The notes under the pieces: generated by a model
What the model was told of the DNA's origin: nothing
Database searches by the model: none
Seen by the model: only the letters and a program-made list of their open reading frames with translations
Position numbers and translations under genes: made by a program
Shown here: positions 1 to 8,762 of the stretch, in pieces
Position numbering within the stretch: position 1 is the stretch's first letter
Layout of the letters: the number at the start of each line of letters is the position of its first letter
Assembly: GCA_964641715.1 (NCBI GenBank)
Contig: CAZXMB010000005.1
Location: 1-34,845 of the forward strand
DNA length: 34,845 bases
Source: an uncultured Syntrophaceae bacterium
Lineage (GTDB): Bacteria > Desulfobacterota > BSN033 > UBA1163
Direction: 5' to 3'

Positions 1-53
1 TTCGGTGCCCCTAACGTTCTCAAAAAGTCCGAGAAGTGTTCGATGGTATCCAT
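1..53 (-). CDS. 5' end of an unidentified gene running off the left edge (MDTIEHFSDFLRTLGAP...)
   Basis: A reverse-strand ATG at 51-53 opens a frame that stays open to position 1. Only 17 codons are visible and no motif is recognisable. Confidence 0.2.
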   Translation of the reverse strand, partial: MDTIEHFSDFLRTLGAP

Positions 54-167
54 GACGTTACTCTCTTTTAGAAAACAAATTAAATATATCAAAAACCGAA
101 GAGGAGAGAAAGGATTTTTTAAATCAGTGATGGTGAGGATTAAATATGATCGTTGATCCTCTGAAAT

Positions 168-196
168 TTGAGATAATAAATTTAATGCGATAAAAT
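168..196 (+). promoter_or_regulatory. Candidate sigma70-type promoter for the PEBP-family gene
   Basis: TTGAGA (168-173), a 17-nt spacer, then TAAAAT (191-196), about 50 nt upstream of the ATG at 245. Confidence 0.3.
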
Positions 197-244
197 AGAG
201 AGTGGAAGGGTCCATATAGAGTGAACCAGAAAGGAGGCGAAGAG

Positions 245-784
245 ATGAGGATTTCTAATAAATACCTCTTACTGTTTCTTTTTACCGTCGCTTTGATCGG
301 TCTCCCGAAGATATTTTTAGGACAGGGCTCCTTCGAGATATCCTCCCCTGCGTTTAAGCACAAGGGGGCGATTCCGGATAAATATGCAAAGGGGAGCTTC
401 TCCATCCCATTGGTATGGAAGAACGTACCTCCGGGGACAAAATCATTTTCCCTTTCGGTTGTGGATATCCACCCGGTCGCTCAAAACTGGGTTCACTGGA
501 TGATCATCAACATTCCGGCCAATGTGACATCGCTGGAGGAAGGGGCCTCTAAGAAAAAGTTGCCCCGGGGGGCAGTGGAGCTAAGAAATACCTGGGGAGA
601 TGTGGGCTACGGTGGACCTGAACCACCCCCAGGAAGTGGCGAACATTCCTATGTCATTACGATCTATGCGCTCAATGTGGAAAGGCTTGACCTCGGAACG
701 AGCGCCTCTCTTTCGAAGTTCGAAAGGACATTGAAAGGGAAGGTCTTGGGATCAGCCTCCATGGCCGGTTTATACAGCCGTTAA
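245..784 (+). CDS. Secreted YbhB/YbcL (PEBP, Raf-kinase-inhibitor-like) family protein
   Basis: Part of ORF 221-784. AGGAGG sits upstream of the ATG at 245, and a hydrophobic signal-like N-terminus follows (MRISNKYLLLFLFTVALIG). The PEBP signature GPEPPPGSGEHSYVITIYAL is present. Confidence 0.85.
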   Translation: MRISNKYLLLFLFTVALIGLPKIFLGQGSFEISSPAFKHKGAIPDKYAKGSFSIPLVWKNVPPGTKSFSLSVVDIHPVAQNWVHWMIINIPANVTSLEEGASKKKLPRGAVELRNTWGDVGYGGPEPPPGSGEHSYVITIYALNVERLDLGTSASLSKFERTLKGKVLGSASMAGLYSR

Positions 785-841
785 TCATCCATTATTTTAA
801 GTCTATTTTAAGTCCGGTTCTTGAGGAAAAACCGGATGACC

Positions 842-863
842 GGTGCCCGGCACCCTTATTTTT
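842..863 (+). terminator. Weak intrinsic terminator after the PEBP gene
   Basis: GGTGC-CCG-GCACC hairpin (842-854) followed by CTTATTTTT. The stem is short and the T-tract overlaps the comM stop codon. Confidence 0.3.
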
Positions 864-2394
864 AGGATATGAGATTTCGATCCAAGGTGCGGTACTGGAT
901 GGCTTCGGAGAGGTGGGCAGGCTGGATATTGACCTGGCCTTCGAGATCGGCGATGGTCCGGGCCACCTTCAGGATTCGAGTATAGGCCCTGGCACTTAAC
1001 CCAAATCTATCAATGGCCATCTCCAATAGCTTCTGGCTTGCCTCATCGATCTCACAGAACTTTTTGATATGGCGGTTGGTCATCTGGGCATTGCAGTAGA
1101 TCTTCATTCCCTTGAGCCGGTTGAGTTGGACCTTCCGGGCATTATCCACCCTCCTTTTAATCTCCCTGGAGGATTCCCCCGGCTCACGGCTTGCGAGATC
1201 GCGGTACTTCACCGCAGGCACCTCGATATGGATATCGATTCTGTCCATCAGTGGACCGGAGATCTTTGAGCGGTAGCGTTGAATCTGGGGGATGGTACAG
1301 TTGCATTCATTATTGGGATCAGCGTAATAACCGCACGGGCAGGGATTCATCGCGGCAATGAGCATGAAGCGGGCAGGGTAAGTAAGGGAGGTCGCCGCCC
1401 GGGAGATTGTTACCTTCTCCTCTTCGAGGGGTTGACGCATTACCTCCAGGACATTCTTTTTAAATTCAGGGAGTTCATCCAGGAAGAGGACTCCGTTGTG
1501 GGAGAGGCTGACCTCTCCTGGCTTGGGGATCTGGCCTCCTCCAATCAGTCCCGCATCAGAGATCGTATGATGGGGATCGCGATAGGGTCGTGTGACGACA
1601 AGGGCGCTATCCGTTGGGATCAATCCCATCACGCTGTGGATCTTCGTGGTCTCAAGACTCTCCTCAAAATTCATATCCGGTAAGATCGTGGGGAGCCTCT
1701 TGGCCAGCATCGTCTTTCCAGAGCCCGGAGGGCCGATCATAATCACATTATGGCCTCCCGCAGCAGCCACTTCGAGACATCGCTTCACATGCTCCTGACC
1801 CTTCACCTCATTGAAATCGACCTGATAATTGGGTTCCGTTTTAAAGAGCTCATCAAGATCGACCGTCACCGGATCAATATGAAGATTACCGTTGAGAAAT
1901 TCAACGCAATCCGAAAGATTATCCAGCGGGAGGATGTCTATCCCTTTCACCACTGCGGCCTCTTTTGCATTTCCTCTTGGAAGCAGAATACCCAGAAGAC
2001 CTGAATCCCTTGCGGTCACGGCAATAGGGAGAGTCCCTTTGATGGGTTTAACCTGGCCGTCGAGGGAGAGTTCCCCAGCGATAAAGTATTGGTCGAGTTT
2101 ACTCTTCTGGACAACCTCTGTGGCAGCGAGGATTCCAATGGCCATTGGAAGGTCAAAGGCGGCCCCTTCCTTTTTGATATCCGCAGGGGCAAGATTGACC
2201 GTGATCCGCCGGGAAGGAAAGTCATAACCACAGTTTTTAATAGCCGCCTTGACCCTGTCTTTCGATTCCTTGACCGCTCCTTCGGGAAGTCCAACCGTGG
2301 CAAAGGCAGGAAGCCCCTGGGCGATGTCAACCTCCACCTCCACTACATAGGCATCAATGCCGAAAAGAGCGCTGCTCAGGGCCCTGGCTAACAT
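862..2394 (-). CDS. comM: YifB/ComM family Mg-chelatase-like AAA+ ATPase
   Basis: 510 aa. It has a Lon-protease-like N-domain ([22 protein letters not shown]), a Walker A motif (GPPGSGKT), a Cys-rich insert (NPCPCGYY...CNC) and the typical C-terminal helical domain. Confidence 0.93.
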   Translation of the reverse strand: MLARALSSALFGIDAYVVEVEVDIAQGLPAFATVGLPEGAVKESKDRVKAAIKNCGYDFPSRRITVNLAPADIKKEGAAFDLPMAIGILAATEVVQKSKLDQYFIAGELSLDGQVKPIKGTLPIAVTARDSGLLGILLPRGNAKEAAVVKGIDILPLDNLSDCVEFLNGNLHIDPVTVDLDELFKTEPNYQVDFNEVKGQEHVKRCLEVAAAGGHNVIMIGPPGSGKTMLAKRLPTILPDMNFEESLETTKIHSVMGLIPTDSALVVTRPYRDPHHTISDAGLIGGGQIPKPGEVSLSHNGVLFLDELPEFKKNVLEVMRQPLEEEKVTISRAATSLTYPARFMLIAAMNPCPCGYYADPNNECNCTIPQIQRYRSKISGPLMDRIDIHIEVPAVKYRDLASREPGESSREIKRRVDNARKVQLNRLKGMKIYCNAQMTNRHIKKFCEIDEASQKLLEMAIDRFGLSARAYTRILKVARTIADLEGQVNIQPAHLSEAIQYRTLDRNLIS

Positions 2395-2452
2395 GTTGGG
2401 TATTTATACCAAATTGAGAGAGGCTAGACAAGGGGAAAATGGGCGGGAGCGC

Positions 2453-3235
2453 CTATCTTCTCTTTTTCGGTTTCTGATTCCTTTCATAGATGATCCTCAA
2501 CCCTTCGAGGGTCAGAAATTCATCCACCTCTTCAATGACCTCTGATCCCTTCGCAATCAGGCTTGCCAACCCTCCGGTGGCAATGACTTTGGGATTTGAT
2601 CTCATTTCTTTCTTCATCCGTCTGACAATTTCGTCCACCAGTCCCACATATCCAAAAAAGATCCCCGACTGCATACTTTGAACCGTGTTCTTTCCGATCA
2701 CCTTTTTGGGTTCGAGGATCTCAATTCTTGGGAGCTTTGAGGCTCGTTGAAACAGGGCTTCTGCGGAGATCCCGATTCCCGGAGAGATGGCTCCGCCCAG
2801 ATATTCGCCCTTCGGTGAGACATAGTCAAAGGTGGTTGCCGTCCCGAAGTCGACCACAATCGTACTCTTGCGGTAACGCTCATAGGCCGCCACTGCATTG
2901 ACAATCCGATCCGCTCCCACTTCGGCGGGATGATCATATAAAATCTTCATCCCGATCTCGATCTCCGGTCCTACAATCAAAGGGTGAACATGGAAATATT
3001 TATCCGCCATTTCCTGAAGCCTGTCCAGAACCGGAGGGACCACGCAGGAAATAATCAGCCCTTTAAAATCTTCCATGTGGATATGATCGAACTGGAAAAG
3101 TTCCCGGAAGAGAATCCCCCATTCGTCAGCGGTCTTCTCCCTTTCCGTCCCGATCCGCCAGTGATCCACCAGGACCCTGCGATCATAAACTCCCAGAACG
3201 GTATTGGTGTTGCCGACATCGATGACCAGAAGCAT
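2453..3235 (-). CDS. coaX: Type III pantothenate kinase
   Basis: The family N-terminus [12 protein letters not shown] begins at the internal ATG 3233-3235, preceded by GGAGGAGG. Using the ORF-track start at 3304 (GTG) would overlap birA. DFGTATT and ATGG motifs are present. Confidence 0.9.
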   Translation of the reverse strand: MLLVIDVGNTNTVLGVYDRRVLVDHWRIGTEREKTADEWGILFRELFQFDHIHMEDFKGLIISCVVPPVLDRLQEMADKYFHVHPLIVGPEIEIGMKILYDHPAEVGADRIVNAVAAYERYRKSTIVVDFGTATTFDYVSPKGEYLGGAISPGIGISAEALFQRASKLPRIEILEPKKVIGKNTVQSMQSGIFFGYVGLVDEIVRRMKKEMRSNPKVIATGGLASLIAKGSEVIEEVDEFLTLEGLRIIYERNQKPKKRR

Positions 3236-3293
3236 AAGACCTCCTCCCCTTGACAGGTGGAAAGTCGAAAGTAGAAAGCAGTAAACTATTTCT

Positions 3294-4310
3294 TCACTCT
3301 TCACTCCCCACTCTCTGCTTTCGAGAATATTCTACATCTCCTGCAACAATTTTTTTCTGACTTCCGTCGTCTGTTTTTAAGATTAGAGCCCCGTCCGAAT
3401 CCACATCAATTGCCCTGCCGGACAGGGTTTGACCGAAGGAGGTCACCCTTACCGGCCTTCCTTTAATCCTCGCTTTCTCTCTCCAGGCCTTCAGAATCCT
3501 TTCCCCCCCTGCCTTCAAGAAAATCTCATACCAATCCTCTAATCCCTTTAGAAGATCCTGAAGAAACCCCTTTCTCAGAATGGTTTCCCCCTTCTCGATC
3601 TTCAGAGAGGTGGCAATGGATCGGATCTCTTTGGGGAACACAGACTCATCCACATTGAGGTTCATCCCGATACCCAGGATGATGAAGTGAACCCGGTCCA
3701 TCTCGGATTGAATCTCATTAAGCAAACCGGCTACCTTTCGATCTCCCAGCAGGATATCGTTGGGCCATTTGATTGACGGTTTGAGGCCAGAATATTTCTC
3801 GATCGCTTCAGCAGTGGCCACTGCGGCCATCAGGGTGATGAGCGATGCCTGATGAGGAGGAATCCTGGGCCTCAGGATCACGGAGAGATAAAGGTTGAGG
3901 AAAGGAGGGGAAAACCAGTCTCTTCCCAGCCTCCCTCTCCCCCTGTTCTGGGATTCTGCGATGACCACTTCCCCTTCCTTCGCACCCTGAAGGGCTAACT
4001 CATAGGCTTTTGAATTGGTCGAATCGAGAATCTGAAAATAATGGATGACCTTTCCCATCCGTTTCGTTTTGAGACCGGATCTGACTTCGGACGGGGTGAG
4101 AAGGTCAGGGGACCGGATCAGACGATATCCGGATCGAGTGGAGGCATCGATCTCATATCCCAGGAGTCTCAGATGCCTGATCCGCTTCCAGATGGCGGTC
4201 CGGCTCACCCTCAATCTCCGGCCGATCTCCTCCCCGGAAATGGAAGGGGAAGAAGATGCTCTCAGGGTTTTGAGAATCTCATCATCGAGGCTCTGGTTCT
4301 TGATGGTCAT
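3294..4310 (-). CDS. birA: Bifunctional biotin-[acetyl-CoA-carboxylase] ligase / biotin operon repressor
   Basis: 338 aa. An N-terminal winged HTH ([31 protein letters not shown]) is followed by the GRGRLGR biotin-binding loop and KWPNDIL. Confidence 0.9.
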   Translation of the reverse strand: MTIKNQSLDDEILKTLRASSSPSISGEEIGRRLRVSRTAIWKRIRHLRLLGYEIDASTRSGYRLIRSPDLLTPSEVRSGLKTKRMGKVIHYFQILDSTNSKAYELALQGAKEGEVVIAESQNRGRGRLGRDWFSPPFLNLYLSVILRPRIPPHQASLITLMAAVATAEAIEKYSGLKPSIKWPNDILLGDRKVAGLLNEIQSEMDRVHFIILGIGMNLNVDESVFPKEIRSIATSLKIEKGETILRKGFLQDLLKGLEDWYEIFLKAGGERILKAWREKARIKGRPVRVTSFGQTLSGRAIDVDSDGALILKTDDGSQKKIVAGDVEYSRKQRVGSEE

Positions 4311-4324
4311 CCCCTTTTGATGGA

Positions 4325-6364
4325 TTACCCGATCATCTTGTCGTAACGAGAGAACTGTATGGAAAAGGTCCCCCGTCCCTGGGTGAGGGATCTCAAATCC
4401 GTTGAGTAACCAAACATCTTCGTCAGGGGAGAGAGGGCCTTGATGAGAGTGACCTTCCCTCTGGGGGTGATCGCTTCCACAGAACTCTTTCTCGCCTTCA
4501 GATCGCCCACCACTTCGCCCATGAATTCCTCAGGGACGATGATGTTGACCTCCATCATTGGCTCCATTAAAACAGGGTGTGCCTTCCGGCATCCCTCCCT
4601 CAATGCATTGGAAGCAGCAATCTTCAGGGCAAGGGGAGAGGGATGGTTCAAATCGGTCGCGGCTTTCAAAAGGGTGACCCGGAGGTCCGTTAATGGATAA
4701 CCCATCACCACTCCGATGGTCGCTCCTTCCCTCACTCCTTCTTCAATGGCGAGAAGGCCTTCCGGAATGAGGATTCCTTCCGGAACCTCAGAACGAAATT
4801 CGATCCCTTTCCCTCTTCCGTTTGGAGAAATCCTCAGGAGGACCTCTCCGATATGCTTCACCTCTTCCATTTCTTTGGCGAATTTGTGGGAGGCCTCTGC
4901 CTCCTTCTCCACAGTCTCGCGGAAAACGACCTGTGGCTTTCCCACATTCACTTCCAAATGATATTCGGTGAGAAGGCGATTAACCAGCACATCAAGATGT
5001 AATTCGCCCATTCCGGAGATGATGGTCTGCCCCGTATCTTCATCAAATTTAAATTGAAAGGTAGGATCCTCCTCGCTCAACTTCTCCAGGGATGGGGTGA
5101 GTTTTTCCTGGTCCATGCCTGTCTTTGGCTCCACCGCCACTGACATCACGGGTTTATAAAAATCGATGAGCTCCAGGACAATCGGGTGGGTTCGGTCACA
5201 GAGGGTATCCCCTGTGGTCGTCTCCTTCAAACCCATGATGGCCACGATCTCCCCTGTTTTTGCCTCCTCCACGCGGGTCCTCTGGTTGGCATGCATCTGA
5301 AAGATCCGGGAGGTTTTTTCCGTCTTCTTCAGCCGGGGGTTATAGATTTCCATTCCCACCTTCAGCACCCCGGAGTAGATCCGGATATAAACCAGTTTCC
5401 TCCCTTCATCCATCATGACTTTAAAGGCCAAAGCGGTGAAGGGTTCCTCATCCCTTGTCATCCTTCTCTCATTTTCCCCTGAGACGGGATTTTGCCCCTC
5501 CACAGGCGGAACATCCAAAGGGGATGGCAGGTAGTCCACGATGGCATCGATCAGGTTCTGGATTCCCTGGTTTCTCAATGCGGCACCACAGAGAACGGGC
5601 ACAGCCCTCATCGAGAGGGTGGCTTTTCGCAAGGCGCCTTTGATTTCGGGTTCAGAGATCTCTTCCCCGTTGAGATACTTTTCCATCAATGGGTCATCGA
5701 GCTCGGCAAGCGATTCGATCAATTTGGAACGGTATTGTGCCGCTTCCCTCTCCGATTCCTTCGGGATGGAGACCTCTCTGAATTCAATCCCCAGACTGTG
5801 TTCATCCCAGACGACCCCTTTGTTTCGGATGAGATCAACCACTCCAATAAACCGATCTTCGGTTCCAATTGGAATCTGGGTGATCAATGGGTTAGCTCCG
5901 AGGCGGTCTATCATCATCTTTACGGTTTCGAAAAAATTGGCCCCCATCCGATCCATCTTATTGACGAATGCCAGCTTGGGAACGCGATATTTATCTGCCT
6001 GATGCCAGACGGTCTCCGACTGGGGTTCCACCCCTTCGACCGCACTGAAGATCGCAATAACCCCATCCAGGACTCTGAGGGATCGTTCCACCTCAATGGT
6101 GAAATCCACATGACCGGGGGTATCGATAATATGGATTGTGTTTCCTTTCCACTCTACCGCGGTCACCGCAGAGGTGATGGTGATGCCCCTCTCCTGCTCC
6201 TGCTGCATCCAGTCCATCACCGCTGTCCCTTCATCCACCTCACCCATGCGATGGATCTTCCTGGTATAGAAGAGGACCCTCTCGGTGACTGTGGTCTTCC
6301 CCGCATCAATGTGGGCCATAAACCCGATATTTCTGGTTCGGGCGAGCCGTTTCTCTCCAGCCAT
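4325..6364 (-). CDS. fusA: Elongation factor G paralogue (EF-G2-like), not located in an rpsL-rpsG-fusA-tuf context
   Basis: 679 aa. GTPase motifs [17 protein letters not shown] and NKMD are present, with the EF-G domain II-V pattern. Confidence 0.9.
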   Translation of the reverse strand: MAGEKRLARTRNIGFMAHIDAGKTTVTERVLFYTRKIHRMGEVDEGTAVMDWMQQEQERGITITSAVTAVEWKGNTIHIIDTPGHVDFTIEVERSLRVLDGVIAIFSAVEGVEPQSETVWHQADKYRVPKLAFVNKMDRMGANFFETVKMMIDRLGANPLITQIPIGTEDRFIGVVDLIRNKGVVWDEHSLGIEFREVSIPKESEREAAQYRSKLIESLAELDDPLMEKYLNGEEISEPEIKGALRKATLSMRAVPVLCGAALRNQGIQNLIDAIVDYLPSPLDVPPVEGQNPVSGENERRMTRDEEPFTALAFKVMMDEGRKLVYIRIYSGVLKVGMEIYNPRLKKTEKTSRIFQMHANQRTRVEEAKTGEIVAIMGLKETTTGDTLCDRTHPIVLELIDFYKPVMSVAVEPKTGMDQEKLTPSLEKLSEEDPTFQFKFDEDTGQTIISGMGELHLDVLVNRLLTEYHLEVNVGKPQVVFRETVEKEAEASHKFAKEMEEVKHIGEVLLRISPNGRGKGIEFRSEVPEGILIPEGLLAIEEGVREGATIGVVMGYPLTDLRVTLLKAATDLNHPSPLALKIAASNALREGCRKAHPVLMEPMMEVNIIVPEEFMGEVVGDLKARKSSVEAITPRGKVTLIKALSPLTKMFGYSTDLRSLTQGRGTFSIQFSRYDKMIG

Positions 6365-6461
6365 CTCTTTTTAACACCGGGAGTAAGATATATCTTCGCA
6401 ATATTAAAGGGATTTTTATTAAATGTCAACTTTTCTGACACTCAAAAACCTTTAATTTCCC

Positions 6462-6490
6462 TTGACAAAACCGGTGTGATATGTTTTAAA
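6462..6490 (+). promoter_or_regulatory. Candidate sigma70-type promoter of the leader-aminotransferase transcript
   Basis: Perfect TTGACA (6462-6467), a 17-nt spacer, then TTTAAA (6485-6490). It lies just upstream of the leader SD at 6500-6505. Confidence 0.4.
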
Positions 6491-6510
6491 TTGAATTCAA
6501 AGGAGAAGAG

Positions 6511-6561
6511 ATGTTTAACTTTTATTTCTTTTATTTTTACTTTGACAAGGGTCACCCATAA
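6511..6561 (+). CDS. Phe/Tyr-rich attenuation leader peptide MFNFYFFYFYFDKGHP (16 aa)
   Basis: AAGGAG (6500-6505) lies 5 nt before the ATG at 6511. Nine of the ten codons after Met are Phe (6) or Tyr (3). The TAA stop at 6559-6561 lies within the 5' arm of a hairpin. The ORF is too short to appear in the ORF track. Confidence 0.6.
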   Translation: MFNFYFFYFYFDKGHP

Positions 6562-6584
6562 GCCCTTGCTTCTACAGCAGGGAT

Positions 6585-6624
6585 AGCCATGGGTGACCAT
6601 GCAGGCCCCCATGGCTTTTTATTT
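6585..6624 (+). terminator. Attenuator terminator 1
   Basis: A 9-bp stem, AGCCATGGG (6585-6593) with CCCATGGCT (6608-6616), is followed by TTTTTATTT. Confidence 0.55.
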
Positions 6625-6625
6625 G

Positions 6626-6663
6626 GAGCCATAAGGGGAGACTTTATGGCTCTTTTATTTTTT
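6626..6663 (+). terminator. Attenuator terminator 2
   Basis: A 9-bp stem, GAGCCATAA (6626-6634) with TTATGGCTC (6644-6652), is followed by TTTTATTTTTT. It lies 33 nt upstream of the aminotransferase ATG. Confidence 0.5.
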
Positions 6664-6695
6664 AGTAAAAGTGAATCGTTGAAAGGAGAAGTGGA

Positions 6696-7910
6696 ATGTC
6701 GATTTCAAAGAAAGTCAAGAATGCATTGAATGGCGCCTCCTGGGTGAGGCGGATGTTCGAGGAAGGGGAGGAATTGAAAAGAATCCATGGGGAAGGGAAT
6801 GTTTACGACTTCTCACTTGGAAATCCAAATCTCGAACCCCCCGAATCTCTGAAGAAGGCCCTGAAGGAACTCGCCAACCATCCCATTTCAGGGATGCATC
6901 GCTATATGCCCAATAATGGATATCGTGAGACCAGAAAGGCAATCGCCGATTATCTCAGGGAGGAATCCGCTCTGCCTTTTAATGAAAATCATGTGGTCAT
7001 GACCGTGGGGGCTGCGGGGGGGCTCAATGTCGTTTTGAAAGCCCTTCTCGATGAGGGCGACGAAGTCATCGTCCCTTCTCCTTACTTTATGGAATTCAAG
7101 TTCTATATCGAAAATTCTGGAGGAGTTCTCCGTATCGTCCATACGAATGAGGACTTCTCTCTTAACCTTGAAAACATTGAGAAGGCCATTGATCAGAAGA
7201 CCAAAGCCGTCCTGATCAATACTCCCAACAATCCGACCGGGGTCGTCTATGGCGAGGAATCCCTCAAAAATTTAGGGAGACTGCTGGAGAGGAAAAGTCA
7301 GAAGATAGGCAAGACCATCTACCTCATCACCGATGAAGCCTACCGCCGGATTGTCTACGACCGGATTAAACTCCCCATTCCTTTTAAATTCTATCCCCAC
7401 ACCCTCCGGGTGACCTCCCACTCCAAAGACCTTTCCCTTCCTGGAGAACGGATCGGTTATATCGCGGCCCATCCAGATTGTGAGGAGGTCGAGGAGATGA
7501 TGGCGGCCATCATTTTTGCTAACCGGACCCTCGGATTCGTCAATGCCCCTGCGCTGATGCAGAGGCTGGTCGCTCCCCTTCAGAGGAATTCAGTGAACAT
7601 CAGGGAATATGAGGAGAAAAGGGACCTCTTCTATCATTCCTTAACCTCTTTCGGATATCAGGTGGTAAAACCTCAGGGTGCTTTCTACCTCTTTCCGAAA
7701 GCGCCCATTGAGGATGATGTGGCCTTTGTGAAAGACCTTCAGGCCAAAAAGATCCTGACCGTCCCGGGAAGGGGTTTTGGAAAACCGGGTTATTTCAGAA
7801 TCGCCTATGCCGTCGAGAAGGGGATGATCGAGAAGTCTCTTCCCGGATTCAAGGAGGTCGCAGAGAAATACGGAATGGGAGGAAGAATTCGAAAGGGAGG
7901 AGACTCATGA
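6696..7910 (+). CDS. Class-I PLP-dependent aminotransferase (aspartate/aromatic/prephenate aminotransferase type)
   Basis: 404 aa. It has NTPNNPTG, the PLP-lysine motif SHSKDLSLPGERIGY, and a C-terminal FRIAY. GGAGAAG lies upstream of the ATG. Confidence 0.9.
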   Translation: MSISKKVKNALNGASWVRRMFEEGEELKRIHGEGNVYDFSLGNPNLEPPESLKKALKELANHPISGMHRYMPNNGYRETRKAIADYLREESALPFNENHVVMTVGAAGGLNVVLKALLDEGDEVIVPSPYFMEFKFYIENSGGVLRIVHTNEDFSLNLENIEKAIDQKTKAVLINTPNNPTGVVYGEESLKNLGRLLERKSQKIGKTIYLITDEAYRRIVYDRIKLPIPFKFYPHTLRVTSHSKDLSLPGERIGYIAAHPDCEEVEEMMAAIIFANRTLGFVNAPALMQRLVAPLQRNSVNIREYEEKRDLFYHSLTSFGYQVVKPQGAFYLFPKAPIEDDVAFVKDLQAKKILTVPGRGFGKPGYFRIAYAVEKGMIEKSLPGFKEVAEKYGMGGRIRKGGDS

Positions 7911-8341
7911 AGAGGCCGTTTCATCATACTCCTCTGGTGATCGGCGTTCTTTCTCTGGCCCTCCTCCTGACCGGTTGTGTGGTAGGCCGTTATTATGAAG
8001 GCCCGCAGATTTCCGGGGAGAAGATCAGAGAGATCAAACCCGGCGTGACCACCAAAGAGGAGATTATCCGGTGGTTCGGTCCTCCTCAAAATTACATCAG
8101 CCCGACGGTCTTTAATGAAATCCTTCGGGAACTGGATGTGACCAGAGAGCCTCTTACCCATTATCCTTTTGCCAACATCCTCTCCTACCAATACAACCGT
8201 GGAAATATACGGGCGATCGTCCTGGTTCTTTTCAACTTTGTTGAGGCCAAGGTGAAGTCTGACCACCTCGTCATCTTTCTCGATGAGAACGATAGGGTGA
8301 AATATTATGGTTTCCATAAGGGAACGGATGAGCTGCACTAA
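7907..8341 (+). CDS. BamE/SmpA-OmlA-like small lipoprotein, paralogue 1
   Basis: Lipobox LLLTGC follows a signal peptide. The G-TTK-EI---FGPP motif is present. The ATG overlaps the aminotransferase stop (ATGA). Confidence 0.75.
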   Translation: MKRPFHHTPLVIGVLSLALLLTGCVVGRYYEGPQISGEKIREIKPGVTTKEEIIRWFGPPQNYISPTVFNEILRELDVTREPLTHYPFANILSYQYNRGNIRAIVLVLFNFVEAKVKSDHLVIFLDENDRVKYYGFHKGTDELH

Positions 8342-8717
8342 GGCCCTCCTCTTTCTCACGCTCTTGACCTTTCTATGGGGCTGCAGTATCGGAAGGGTCT
8401 ATATCGGTTCTGAGATCAGACAGGATCCGAAGGAAAAGATTAAGATCGGTTCTACCACCAAAAGCGAAATCCTGGAGGTCTTCGGCCCTCCCGATCGAAT
8501 TCAAAAACAGTATGACGGAGATATCTTCGTTTACACCTATCTCCGTAAGAACTCCTCCAAATTTGCGATCGAGGAACCCTACCTGACCAATCTTACCCTG
8601 TTCCAGTACACGAGAATTCAGCAGAAGAAGGATGGCCTGGTCATCCTCTTCGATAAGGATGGGGTCGTAAAAAATTACGGCTTCCAAAAAGGGACCCCCG
8701 AGCTCACCACCTTTTAG
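8307..8717 (+). CDS. BamE/SmpA-OmlA-like small lipoprotein, paralogue 2
   Basis: Lipobox FLWGC. It aligns with paralogue 1 (GC-xGRxY...IKxGxTTKxEIxxxFGPP...LVIxFDxxxxVxxYGFxKGTxEL). An alternative start is the ATG at 8328 (MSCTKALLF). Confidence 0.7.
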   Translation: MVSIRERMSCTKALLFLTLLTFLWGCSIGRVYIGSEIRQDPKEKIKIGSTTKSEILEVFGPPDRIQKQYDGDIFVYTYLRKNSSKFAIEEPYLTNLTLFQYTRIQQKKDGLVILFDKDGVVKNYGFQKGTPELTTF

Positions 8718-8762
8718 TTATTTCTTTGATGAATCACCGGGGGCTCCCCTCAGCGGGAAATT

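Larger units (their letters stand above)
6550..6663 (+). promoter_or_regulatory. Transcription attenuator: anti-terminator hairpin competing with two tandem intrinsic terminators
   Basis: Hairpin 1:2 pairs 6550-6559 (GGTCACCCAT) with 6589-6598 (ATGGGTGACC) and has an inner stem at 6563-6569/6577-6582. Its 3' arm overlaps the 5' arm of terminator hairpin 6585-6593/6608-6616. The AGCCAT/ATGGCT half-sites recur at 6585, 6611, 6627 and 6646. Confidence 0.55.

Noticed and set aside
124-405. A 93-aa ORF on the - strand.
   Set aside because: It overlaps the 5' end and promoter region of the PEBP-family gene on the opposite strand. It has no motif or SD.
6542-6547. A second perfect TTGACA hexamer inside the leader ORF.
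   Set aside because: It arises from the codons TTT-GAC-AAG. No acceptable -10 element lies at 16-18 nt. A start there would bypass the leader but not the hairpins, so it is probably coincidental.
5492-6586. A 364-aa ORF on the + strand, plus smaller + strand ORFs at 4440-6002.
   Set aside because: It is entirely antisense to the well-supported EF-G gene. It has no SD or motifs and has low-complexity, Arg/Gly/Pro-rich composition typical of shadow frames. Its 3' end merely runs through the leader region in another frame.
7805-8359. A 184-aa ORF on the - strand, and a 104-aa ORF at 8373-8687 on the - strand.
   Set aside because: They are antisense to the aminotransferase 3' end and the two lipoprotein genes, which have lipoboxes, mutual paralogy and translational coupling.
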